Part shown: positions 45,579-54,267 of the stretch, in pieces
Layout: every line of letters starts with the position of its first letter
Numbering within the stretch: the first letter of the stretch is position 1
DNA from: Eshraghiella crossota
GTDB lineage: Bacteria; Bacillota; Clostridia; Oscillospirales; Acutalibacteraceae
Assembly: GCA_963624605.1 (NCBI GenBank)
Contig: CAVFQD010000001.1
Coordinates: 2,441 to 66,440 of the forward strand
Length of the DNA: 64,000 nt
Reading direction: 5' to 3'
The notes under the pieces: generated by a model
Told to the model about the DNA's origin: nothing
Databases searched by the model: none
Seen by the model: only the letters and a program-made list of their open reading frames with translations
Program-made: the position numbers and the translations under genes

Positions 45579-46579
45579 AAAAACACGCAAATGTAGCGCT
45601 TTTTGTTCCGCACGCAGGCTGTCCGCATCAGTGCAGCTTTTGCAATCAAAAGACCATTTCGGGTTCTGTTAAAGCGCTTACCGTGCCGGATATAGAAACG
45701 GCTTGCGAAATTGCGATAAAAAGCGGAAGCACCTCCCCGGAAAACTCGGAGATAGCTTTTTTCGGCGGAAGCTTTACGGCGATTGACGAGGAGTATATGA
45801 TTTCTCTTCTTTGCGCCGCCAAAAAATACATTGATAAAAATTATTTCAAGGGTGTGCGGATTTCCACACGCCCTGATTGTATAAATGAGCATAAGCTTGA
45901 AATCCTCAAAAAATACGGCGTAACCTCGATTGAGCTCGGGGCGCAGAGCACCGACGACGAAGTTTTGCGCATTAACAGGCGCGGACACACCGCAAAGGAC
46001 ATTGAAAACGCAAGCAGGCTCATCCGTGAAAACGGGTTTGAATTGGGGCTTCAGATGATGACGGGACTTATGGGCTCGAGCTTTGAAAAGGATATAAAAA
46101 CAGCCGAAAGGCTGATTGAATTAAAGCCCGAAACGGTCAGAATTTATCCCACAACAGTGCTCGAAAACACGCCTCTTGCGGAATGTATGAAAAACGGAGA
46201 ATATGCCCCCGAAACGCTTGAGGAGGCGGTAAGGCTCTGCGCGAGACTGCTTTTGATGTTCCGTGAAAACGGGATAAAGGTAATAAGGCTCGGGCTTCAT
46301 TCGGGCGGAAATGTGGAGGACGGCTACCTTGCAGGGGCGTATCATCCGGCTTTCCGTGAGCTGTGCGAGGGCGAAATTTATCTTGAAAAAATGCTCTCGG
46401 AGCTGTCCGAAAAAAGCCGTGAAAAGGAATATGTAATAGAGGTTCCCGAAAAGTCGCTTTCAAAGGCGAAAGGGCAGTCAAAAAGAAATGAAAAGGCATT
46501 GAAAAATCAAGGATTTTATTGTACAATAAAGGGAAATGATTTTTTAGAAGATTTTGATATTATTGTGAAGGAAAAATGA
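45575..46579 (+). CDS. radical SAM protein (ELP3/MiaB/NifB-like, conserved between rnc and smc)
   Basis: CPHQCSFCNQ cluster motif near the N-terminus. The TTG start overlaps the rnc stop. Confidence 0.8.
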   Translation: MKKHANVALFVPHAGCPHQCSFCNQKTISGSVKALTVPDIETACEIAIKSGSTSPENSEIAFFGGSFTAIDEEYMISLLCAAKKYIDKNYFKGVRISTRPDCINEHKLEILKKYGVTSIELGAQSTDDEVLRINRRGHTAKDIENASRLIRENGFELGLQMMTGLMGSSFEKDIKTAERLIELKPETVRIYPTTVLENTPLAECMKNGEYAPETLEEAVRLCARLLLMFRENGIKVIRLGLHSGGNVEDGYLAGAYHPAFRELCEGEIYLEKMLSELSEKSREKEYVIEVPEKSLSKAKGQSKRNEKALKNQGFYCTIKGNDFLEDFDIIVKEK

Positions 46580-46580
46580 T

Positions 46581-49500
46581 ATGTTTCTTAAAGCACTGGA
46601 AATGCAGGGATTTAAGTCTTTCCCAGACAAAACGGTACTTGAATTCAATAAAGGCGTAACCGCCGTAGTAGGCCCTAACGGAAGCGGAAAAAGTAATATT
46701 TCCGACGCCGTGCGTTGGGTTCTCGGCGAGCAGTCAACCAAGAATTTGCGCGGCTCGAAGATGGAGGATGTCATTTTCGACGGTACGGATATACGCAAGG
46801 CGAAGGGCTTTGCCGAGGTAACGCTGCGCCTTGACAACAAGGACAGAACCCTCCAGAACGACAATGACGAGGTTTCCGTAACAAGGCGTTATTTCCGCTC
46901 GGGCGAGAGCGAATATCTCATAAACGGCGAGTCGTCAAGACTTCGCGACATAAACGAGCTGTTTATGGACACGGGTCTCGGACGGGACGGCTATTCCATT
47001 GTCGGTCAGGGCAAAATTGCCGATATGGTATCCTCAAAGACGGGCGAACGCCGTGAAATGCTTGAAGAGGCGGCGGGAATTTCTCATTTTCGTTACAGGC
47101 GTGCGGACGCGACAAAAAGACTTAAACAGGCGGAGGAAAACCTTGTCAGACTTCGTGATATTCTCACGGAGCTTGAAACGAGAATAGGTCCGCTTAAAAA
47201 TCAAAGCGAAAAGGCGCAGAAGTTTATAATCCTTGCCGAGGAGAGGAAAGACCTTGAAATAGGCATATGGCTCAACACGATTGACCGCACAAACGAGAGG
47301 CTTCGTGAGCAGGACCATAAGATTTCTTCTTCGGAGGTAAACTATAAGCAGGCGGAGGAAGAGCTTGTCTCCATTGAGCAGAAGATTGACTCCGCAACGC
47401 AGGAAATTAAGAATATCAATATCAAAATCGAGGAGATAAGGGCACAGTCATCTGTATCGGACGAGCAGATTTCGGCACTTGAAACCCAGCTTAAGGTTGA
47501 GGAAAACTCGATTTTACATAACAACGAGACGATTGAAAGACTTCAAAAGGACAAGTCGGACGAGAACGAAACAGAGCAGCATCTTGATGAGAGAATCAAG
47601 GAAGCCCAGCAGAATATCGAAAACGCAAAGGCACAGGTCGCTGCCCTCGAAAACGAGATGGCGGAGCTCACCGCAAAAGAGGAGAGCATAAAAACCGACA
47701 ACGCCGCTTTTTCGGACAGGGCTCAAAAGCTCTCTGCGGAGGTTTCGGCTCTTTCCGTAGAACTTGCGGATTGCAGGGTGTTGAGCGAAACGGCAAATTC
47801 CTCCGTCGAGGAAATCAAAAACCGTATAGCGGCAATCGACAGCACGCTCGGCGGCAGGCAGGAGGTCTATCTCAAATACAAAAAATCGCACGAGGCGGCG
47901 CAGGAAGCTCTCAAAAAGTGCGAGGACGAAATAAATTCCGTTAACAACTCAATCGACGGCTATACTCTCCGCTTGGAGTCGAGAGGTAAAAAGGCTTCGG
48001 ACTGTGAGGCGCTTCTTTCGGAAAAGGAGAGGGAGTTCCACAAGACGGAGGACAGGATAAGAATTTTATCCGACCTTGAAAAGAGTATGGAGGGCTACTC
48101 GGGTGCTATAAAGGCGGTTATCCGCGAACAGCAAAGGGGAGCGCTCAGAGGTATTCACGGTCCGCTTTCACAGCTCATCACGGTAAGAGACAAGTACTCC
48201 ACGGCGATTGAAACAGCCTTGGGGGCGGCGGTGCAGAACATAGTAACCGAAACCGAGAACGACGCAAAGAGGGCGATAGGCTTCCTCAAGAGCTCACATT
48301 CGGGTAGGGCAACATTCTTGCCGATTTCAGCAATAAAGGGCAGAACGCTTACCGAAAGAGGACTTGACGACGAGTTCGGATATGTCAATATGGCTTCGGA
48401 GCTTGTCGAAACCGACCCGAAATACCGTGAGATTATAAAATCGCTCCTCGGCAGGACGGTAGTCTGCGACGACCTTGACTGTGCGGTTGCGATTGCGAAA
48501 AAATACACTTACAGGTTCAAGATAGTTACCCTTGACGGACAGGTTATCAATGCAGGCGGTAGTATGACGGGCGGTTCGAGAACGCAGAACGCAGGCATTT
48601 TAAGCCGAGGTAACGAGATTGAAAAGCTCACAAAGAGCCTTGACGCTATGAAAAACGAAATGGCTTCCCTGCAGGCTGATTTCAAGCAGCTGAGCGAGGA
48701 CAAGGCGGCGGCTCTTGCCGATTTGGAGGGCGCACAGGGCGATTTGCTCCGTAAGAATGAGGAGAAAATAAGGCTTGAGGGCGACTTGAAGCTTGCAAAA
48801 GAACAGCTTGATACCGTTTCGGGCGGCGTAGGCGAGCTTGCCGAAGAAAAACAGACTCTTCAAAAGAGAATCAATACAATAACCGAAAACGCTGCAAATG
48901 CGGTTGTCCGTGTAAAAGAGCTGAACACACTTATCTTACAAAAAGAGGGCGAGCTTGAAAAGCTGACGGGCGACAGGGAAAACATCACCGCAATGCGTGA
49001 GGAGCTTTCCGAAAAGGCGGCGCAGTTGAGCCTTAAAATGATGTCGCTCAACAAGGATATTGAGACTAACACGGACACTCTTGCACATCTCAATACCCGT
49101 AAGGAGGGGCACACCGACAAGGCGGGAGTGCTTGACGCCGAGATTGCAAGAATAAATGAAAAAAACGAGCAGTTAAGCAAAAATATAGAAAATCTTTCGC
49201 TCAACATCGAGGAACTGAAAAAAGGCACGAGTGCTTCGAGACAGGAGATTGACGAGCTTATTTCAAGCCGAGACGGATACGAAAAACAGCAGAGCGATTT
49301 GAGACTTCTTGAGCGTTCAAAGACGGTTGAGCGTGAACAGCTCGGCAACGAGCTTGCAAGGCTTGAAGAGAAGAAAGTCGCAATGCGTAAGGAATACGAC
49401 GAATTAAGCGCAAAGCTCTATGACGAGTATCAGCTTACACGCCGTGAGGCGGCGGCTCTCGATATTAAAATCGACGATTATCAGCAGGCGGGCAAACGCC

Positions 49501-50150
49501 TTACCGAGCTTAAATCGCAGATTAAAGCGTTGGGTTCGGTAAATGTTTCGGCGATAGATGAGTACAAGGAGGTTTCCGAGAGGTACGAATTTATGTCAAA
49601 GCAGATAGGCGATGTCGAGAAATCGAAAAACGAGCTCAACAAGCTTATCTTTGACCTGACGGGCAAGATGGCGGCACAGTTCAGGGAGAGCTTCAATAAG
49701 ATAAACGCCCACTTCGGCGAGACCTTCTCCGAGCTGTTCGGCGGCGGTAAAGCCGAATTGAGGCTTGAAAACGAGCTTGACCTGCTTGAGTGCGATATTG
49801 AAATCAAGGTTCAGCCTCCGGGCAAGAATGTCAAGAATATCGACCTTTTGTCGGGCGGCGAAAAGGCAATATCCGCTATCGCTCTTTTGTTTGCGATACT
49901 CAAGGTTACGCCTGCTCCGTTCTGCATTTTTGATGAGGTTGAGGCGGCTCTTGACGATGTAAATGTTGCAAGATACGCAAGCTATGTAAGACGAATGACC
50001 AAGAACACACAGTTTATTCTTATCTCGCACAGACGAGGCACCATGGAGGAGGCAGATGTCCTTTACGGCGTTACGATGCAGGAAAAGGGCGTATCAAAGC
50101 TGCTTGAATTAAAGACCGCCGAAATGGCTAAAAAACTTGGTTTGGCATAA
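46581..50150 (+). CDS. smc: chromosome segregation protein SMC
   Basis: 1189 aa. Walker A GPNGSGKSN, long coiled coils, a hinge, and C-terminal LSGGEK and Walker B FCIFDEVEAALD. Confidence 0.95.
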   Translation: MFLKALEMQGFKSFPDKTVLEFNKGVTAVVGPNGSGKSNISDAVRWVLGEQSTKNLRGSKMEDVIFDGTDIRKAKGFAEVTLRLDNKDRTLQNDNDEVSVTRRYFRSGESEYLINGESSRLRDINELFMDTGLGRDGYSIVGQGKIADMVSSKTGERREMLEEAAGISHFRYRRADATKRLKQAEENLVRLRDILTELETRIGPLKNQSEKAQKFIILAEERKDLEIGIWLNTIDRTNERLREQDHKISSSEVNYKQAEEELVSIEQKIDSATQEIKNINIKIEEIRAQSSVSDEQISALETQLKVEENSILHNNETIERLQKDKSDENETEQHLDERIKEAQQNIENAKAQVAALENEMAELTAKEESIKTDNAAFSDRAQKLSAEVSALSVELADCRVLSETANSSVEEIKNRIAAIDSTLGGRQEVYLKYKKSHEAAQEALKKCEDEINSVNNSIDGYTLRLESRGKKASDCEALLSEKEREFHKTEDRIRILSDLEKSMEGYSGAIKAVIREQQRGALRGIHGPLSQLITVRDKYSTAIETALGAAVQNIVTETENDAKRAIGFLKSSHSGRATFLPISAIKGRTLTERGLDDEFGYVNMASELVETDPKYREIIKSLLGRTVVCDDLDCAVAIAKKYTYRFKIVTLDGQVINAGGSMTGGSRTQNAGILSRGNEIEKLTKSLDAMKNEMASLQADFKQLSEDKAAALADLEGAQGDLLRKNEEKIRLEGDLKLAKEQLDTVSGGVGELAEEKQTLQKRINTITENAANAVVRVKELNTLILQKEGELEKLTGDRENITAMREELSEKAAQLSLKMMSLNKDIETNTDTLAHLNTRKEGHTDKAGVLDAEIARINEKNEQLSKNIENLSLNIEELKKGTSASRQEIDELISSRDGYEKQQSDLRLLERSKTVEREQLGNELARLEEKKVAMRKEYDELSAKLYDEYQLTRREAAALDIKIDDYQQAGKRLTELKSQIKALGSVNVSAIDEYKEVSERYEFMSKQIGDVEKSKNELNKLIFDLTGKMAAQFRESFNKINAHFGETFSELFGGGKAELRLENELDLLECDIEIKVQPPGKNVKNIDLLSGGEKAISAIALLFAILKVTPAPFCIFDEVEAALDDVNVARYASYVRRMTKNTQFILISHRRGTMEEADVLYGVTMQEKGVSKLLELKTAEMAKKLGLA

Positions 50151-50168
50151 CGCCGAAAGGAAAAAGCA

Positions 50169-51497
50169 ATGGGAATTTTCAGTAAAATCAACTTCGGTCT
50201 TACAAAGACCAGAAATAAAATGTCGGGCGCGATCGACGACCTTTTCGATAACGCCGACGAGGTTACCGATGACCTCTATGCCGAGCTTGAAGAAATTCTT
50301 GTTATGGCTGATGTCGGAATGGTAACAGCAGTTCAGATTACCGAAACGCTCAAAAAGAACGCCGAGGAGAAAAAGCTCAAAACTCCCGACAAGATAAAGG
50401 CTGAAATGAAAAATGTCGTTGCCGAGCTTCTTTACGGCGGCGAGGATATGGGGCTTATAACACAGCCGTCCGTAATTCTTGTAATCGGCGTAAACGGCGT
50501 AGGCAAGACGACAACTATCGGCAAGCTTGCCGCAATGTACAAGGCACAGGGCAAAAAGGTTTTGCTCGGCGCTGCCGACACATTCAGGGCGGCGGCGATA
50601 GATCAGCTTCAGATATGGGCTGACCGCTCGGGAGTAGATATCGTCAAGCATGCAGAGGGCGCAGACCCTGCGGCGGTTGTCTTTGACACCGTAAACGCCG
50701 CAAAGGCGAGAGACACCGATATTGTAATAATCGATACCGCAGGCAGACTTCATAACAAGAAGAACCTTATGGACGAGCTTGCAAAGATATACAGGGTTAT
50801 TGACCGTGAGCTTCCCTATTCCGACCGTGAGGTGCTTTTGGTGCTTGATGCAACCACTGGTCAAAATGCGGTAAACCAAGCAAGGGAGTTCAAGGCGGTT
50901 GCCGAGATAACGGGAATTGTCCTGACAAAGCTCGACGGCACCGCAAGGGGCGGAGTTGTGCTTGCAATAAAGAACGAATTGGGTATTCCCGTTAAGTTCA
51001 TAGGCGTAGGCGAGCAGATTGACGACTTACAGCCGTTTAATCCGCAGGCGTTTGCGGACGGACTTTTCCAGAAAATAGAATACGAGGAGGATGAAAATGA
51101 AAGCGAAAAAATTACTGAAAACATCTTGGGCGATTTACGATCTGGTGTCGATGGACACGGCGACGGCTCAGATGAAAATAAGCAGAACGGTAAAGAAACT
51201 GATTCATCCTCGCAGGAAGAAAAAACAGCAGAAGCAGACGGCTCTGTCTCAAATGAAAGCGGAGTTTCTCAATTACAACAGGCAGCGAAGATAATCGACG
51301 AGCTTGCGGTTGAAATGCTCGACGAGGTTCTCCCGAGCGAAGACCCCGAAGAAGAAAAAACCGAAGCGGCAGAGGAAAACCCGCAGCAGACCGAGGACGC
51401 ACAAGCCGTTGAAGAAAATTCTAAGGACGAAGAGCCTGAGGATAAGGAAAACAAGAAAAAGAAGGGATTTTTTGGACTTTTTAATCGCCACTCATAA
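50169..51497 (+). CDS. ftsY: signal recognition particle receptor FtsY with an atypical C-terminal acidic extension
   Basis: The NG domain occupies about aa 1-305 (GVNGVGKTTTIGKLA, DTAGR, TKLDGTARGG). About 135 acidic low-complexity residues follow, ending in KKKKGFFGLFNRHS. Confidence 0.9.
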   Translation: MGIFSKINFGLTKTRNKMSGAIDDLFDNADEVTDDLYAELEEILVMADVGMVTAVQITETLKKNAEEKKLKTPDKIKAEMKNVVAELLYGGEDMGLITQPSVILVIGVNGVGKTTTIGKLAAMYKAQGKKVLLGAADTFRAAAIDQLQIWADRSGVDIVKHAEGADPAAVVFDTVNAAKARDTDIVIIDTAGRLHNKKNLMDELAKIYRVIDRELPYSDREVLLVLDATTGQNAVNQAREFKAVAEITGIVLTKLDGTARGGVVLAIKNELGIPVKFIGVGEQIDDLQPFNPQAFADGLFQKIEYEEDENESEKITENILGDLRSGVDGHGDGSDENKQNGKETDSSSQEEKTAEADGSVSNESGVSQLQQAAKIIDELAVEMLDEVLPSEDPEEEKTEAAEENPQQTEDAQAVEENSKDEEPEDKENKKKKGFFGLFNRHS

Positions 51498-52059
51498 TAT
51501 GAAAAAAAGAGCCGAGCTTGAAAGAATTTTATCTCCGCTCGGTATAAATGTTAAAACTGCGGACGAGCTCGGTATTGAGCTTACGGACGTAGAGGAAACT
51601 GGCACGACCTTTGAGGAAAACGCAAGGCTTAAAGCCGTTTCGGGCTGTAAGGAAAGCGGTATGCCGTGCATTGCCGACGACTCGGGACTTATGGTTGACG
51701 CCCTTGACGGTGCGCCAGGTGTGTATTCGGCAAGGTTTGCGGGCGACCACGGAAACGATGAGAAGAACAACGACAAGCTGCTTGACTGTCTGAAAGGCGT
51801 TCCAGCTGACAAGAGAACCGCAAAGTATGTCGCTTGTGTTTGCTGTGTTTTCCCCGACGGTAGGGAGTTTACCGTCAGAGGCGAATGCCACGGCGTTATA
51901 GGCTACGAGAGAAAGGGCTCAAACGGCTTCGGCTATGACCCGCTTTTCTACATTGACGGCAGAGCGTTTGCCGAGTTTACGCCCGAGGAAAAGGACAAGG
52001 TAAGCCACAGAGGCAACGCCCTTCGCCTTTTTGCAGAGGAAGTTAAAAAGTATATATAA
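51472..52059 (+). CDS. rdgB: dITP/XTP pyrophosphatase (RdgB/HAM1 family)
   Basis: Family motifs are present (LIATHN, DDSGL, GAPGVYSAR, FGYDP). A TTG start at 51472 is proposed because the ATG at 51499 would delete the conserved ATHN strand. It overlaps the ftsY 3' end by 26 nt. Confidence 0.8.
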   Translation: MDFLIATHNMKKRAELERILSPLGINVKTADELGIELTDVEETGTTFEENARLKAVSGCKESGMPCIADDSGLMVDALDGAPGVYSARFAGDHGNDEKNNDKLLDCLKGVPADKRTAKYVACVCCVFPDGREFTVRGECHGVIGYERKGSNGFGYDPLFYIDGRAFAEFTPEEKDKVSHRGNALRLFAEEVKKYI

Positions 52060-52125
52060 TTACAAAAATTTTTGAATGTTGCGTAATAAAAAGGACGGCA
52101 CAATTTTTAATTTATCTTGAACAGT

Positions 52126-52334
52126 GTAGGGCGGGGGCTTGCTCCCGCCGCACAACGCCCTTACGGGCGAGTGAAGAGTGAATAATGAATAGTGAAAAAT
52201 TGGAAAGTTGTATAATAAAACCGGATAGCACAAGTTGAAAAACATATCATATAGCGTAGGGACAGGGCTCGCCCCTGTCCGCAAGAAATTACATATGAAT
52301 TATGTTAACGGACAGCCGCAAGGGCTGTCCCTAC
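52126..52334. repeat. cluster of dispersed GTAGGG-hairpin / GTGAATA-repeat elements (copy set 1)
   Basis: GTAGGGCGGGGGC...CGCCCTTACGGGCGAGTGAAGAGTGAATAATGAATAGTGAA (52126-52196). GCGTAGGGACAGGGCTCGCCCCTGTCC (52254-52282). An inverted relative, GGACAGCCGCAAGGGCTGTCCCTAC, lies at about 52309-52334. A second set lies at 60486-60617. Confidence 0.8.
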
Positions 52335-52377
52335 GGATTATATCAAATAAAAACACAAAACACAAACAGGAGAAAAT

Positions 52378-52677
52378 ATGACAAGTAAAGAAAGAGCCGC
52401 TCTCAGGGCTCAGGCAAATTCGCTTGAAGCGCTTTTCCAAGTCGGCAAGGGCGGAATGTCTGACGCGCTTATCAAGCAGACCGACGACGCGCTTACTGCA
52501 AGAGAGCTTATTAAATTAAAGGTCTTGAGAGAGACTTGCCCCGACACACCGAGGGAGGCTGCCGAGTGCTTGGCGCTTAAAACAAATGCCGAGGTTGTCG
52601 GCGTTATAGGCGGAGTTATAATTTTGTACAGATACAATCCGAAGCTCCACGAAAAGAAGAAAACAGTGAGAAAATAA
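52378..52677 (+). CDS. yhbY: ribosome assembly RNA-binding protein YhbY (CRS1/YhbY domain)
   Basis: 99 aa. LTSKERAALRAQANSL...FQVGKGG...ELIKLKV. Confidence 0.85.
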   Translation: MTSKERAALRAQANSLEALFQVGKGGMSDALIKQTDDALTARELIKLKVLRETCPDTPREAAECLALKTNAEVVGVIGGVIILYRYNPKLHEKKKTVRK

Positions 52678-52678
52678 T

Positions 52679-53305
52679 ATGAAAACAGGTGTTTTCGGCG
52701 GAACTTTCAACCCGCCTCACAAAGGGCACACCCGTCTTGCAACGGAGTTTGCAAAGGAACTCGGTCTTGACAGGGTGCTGATAATCCCCGACAAGGCTCC
52801 CGTGCACAAATTGTCAAAGGGCTTGGAGTCGGACACGGACAGGCTCAATATGTGCCGACTTGCTTTTTCGGACGGGCTGTTTGAGATAAGCAGTCTTGAA
52901 ACCGAGCGAGAAACGGACAGCTACACGGTTTATACCCTGCGTGAGCTGAAGAAATTATATCCGGATGACGAATTGTATCTTATAATCGGTTCGGATATGT
53001 TCCTTATGTTCGCAAAATGGTACGAATATCGCGAAATACTCGATATGTGCACGCTGTGCGTCGCTTCAAGGTGCGAGGAGGAAAGCATTGACGGGTTGAG
53101 ACGCTATTCGGAAGAAGTGTTGAAAATACCGATTGACGGTCTTTGCGGAAACGGTATAATCATTTCTCCCACAGAGCCGTTTGAGATTAGCTCTACCGAG
53201 CTTCGCAGTTTGCTTAAATCGGACGGAAACACCGGCAGATACCTTGACCCTGCGGTCAGAAAATATATCGAGGACAGAGGACTTTATGGATACCGAAAGA
53301 AATGA
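52679..53305 (+). CDS. nadD: nicotinate-nucleotide adenylyltransferase
   Basis: GVFGGTFNPPHKGH motif. 208 aa. Confidence 0.9.
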   Translation: MKTGVFGGTFNPPHKGHTRLATEFAKELGLDRVLIIPDKAPVHKLSKGLESDTDRLNMCRLAFSDGLFEISSLETERETDSYTVYTLRELKKLYPDDELYLIIGSDMFLMFAKWYEYREILDMCTLCVASRCEEESIDGLRRYSEEVLKIPIDGLCGNGIIISPTEPFEISSTELRSLLKSDGNTGRYLDPAVRKYIEDRGLYGYRKK

Positions 53306-53897
53306 AGAATTTGTCGAAGAAATCAAAAAAAGACTGAGTGAATACAGGTTTTACCATTCGCTCAATGTTGCCGACGAGGCTCGCCGTCTTGCAAAAAAAT
53401 ACGGTGCGGATGAGGATAAAGCCTTTACGGCAGGGCTTATTCACGATATAATGAAGGATACCAATTACGAAACCCAGCGGGGGATAATCGAGAAGTATTC
53501 TCACAAAATGACCCCGACGGAGCTTGCAAATCCGAAAATATGGCACGCAATGAGCGGCGAGGCATTTTTGCGGCACGAGCTTAATGTGACCGACGAGGAA
53601 ATACTCTCTGCGGTGCGTTATCATACGACGGCAAGGGAGAATATGTCGCTTCTTGAAAAGGTCTTGTATATAGCGGACTACACCTCGGCTGAGCGCAATT
53701 ACCCCGATGTTGGCATAATCAGGGAGAAGGCGGACAGAAGCCTTGAAGAAGCAATGCTTTACGGCTTACGGTTTACGATAAAGGAATGTGTGGATCTGGG
53801 TGCTGTCGTTCACCCCGACAGCATACTTGCATATAATGAAGTCGCAATTTTCGAAAAGGAAAAAGCGGGAAAGGATGAAAACAATGCAGACAAATGA
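53286..53897 (+). CDS. yqeK: HD-domain bis(5'-nucleosyl)-tetraphosphatase YqeK
   Basis: RFYHSLNVA...GLIHDIMKD HD motifs. The ATG at 53286 is chosen because the upstream extension in the ORF track lies within nadD. Confidence 0.85.
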   Translation: MDTERNEEFVEEIKKRLSEYRFYHSLNVADEARRLAKKYGADEDKAFTAGLIHDIMKDTNYETQRGIIEKYSHKMTPTELANPKIWHAMSGEAFLRHELNVTDEEILSAVRYHTTARENMSLLEKVLYIADYTSAERNYPDVGIIREKADRSLEEAMLYGLRFTIKECVDLGAVVHPDSILAYNEVAIFEKEKAGKDENNADK

Positions 53898-54237
53898 ACT
53901 GCTTGAAAACGCCGTCAAAATTCTTGACAATAAAAAGGCGGAAAATATTACGGCTCTTGAAATTACCGATTTGAGCTCGGTTGCGGACTATTTCGTAATC
54001 GTAAGCGGTACTTCATCGACACACATAAAGGCACTTGCCGAGGAACTGGAGGAAAAGCTTACGGCTCTCGGAAAGGAACCGAACCATATAGAGGGCAAAA
54101 CCACGGGTTGGATTTTGCTTGATTACGGAACGGTTGTAGTTCACATCTTTACGCCTGCCGACAGGGAAAACTTTAACCTTGAAAAGCTTTGGCAGGATGC
54201 AAAAGAGGTCGATATTTCAGAGTGGATAACCGAATAA
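53884..54237 (+). CDS. rsfS: ribosome silencing factor RsfS
   Basis: About 117 aa. LDNKKAENITALEI...ADYFVIVSGTSSTHIKA...WILLDYGTVVVHIF. Confidence 0.85.
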   Translation: MQTNELLENAVKILDNKKAENITALEITDLSSVADYFVIVSGTSSTHIKALAEELEEKLTALGKEPNHIEGKTTGWILLDYGTVVVHIFTPADRENFNLEKLWQDAKEVDISEWITE

Positions 54238-54267
54238 ATAAATCACTACCGATACAGAGGTGCAATT

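Noticed and set aside
45404-45988. 194-aa minus-strand ORF
   Set aside because: It is antisense to rnc and the radical SAM gene.
50109-50879. 256-aa minus-strand ORF
   Set aside because: It is antisense to ftsY (NG domain motifs on the plus strand).
54238-54267. T-box leader upstream of leuS
   Set aside because: Only 30 nt separate rsfS and leuS, so leuS is co-transcribed with the upstream genes.
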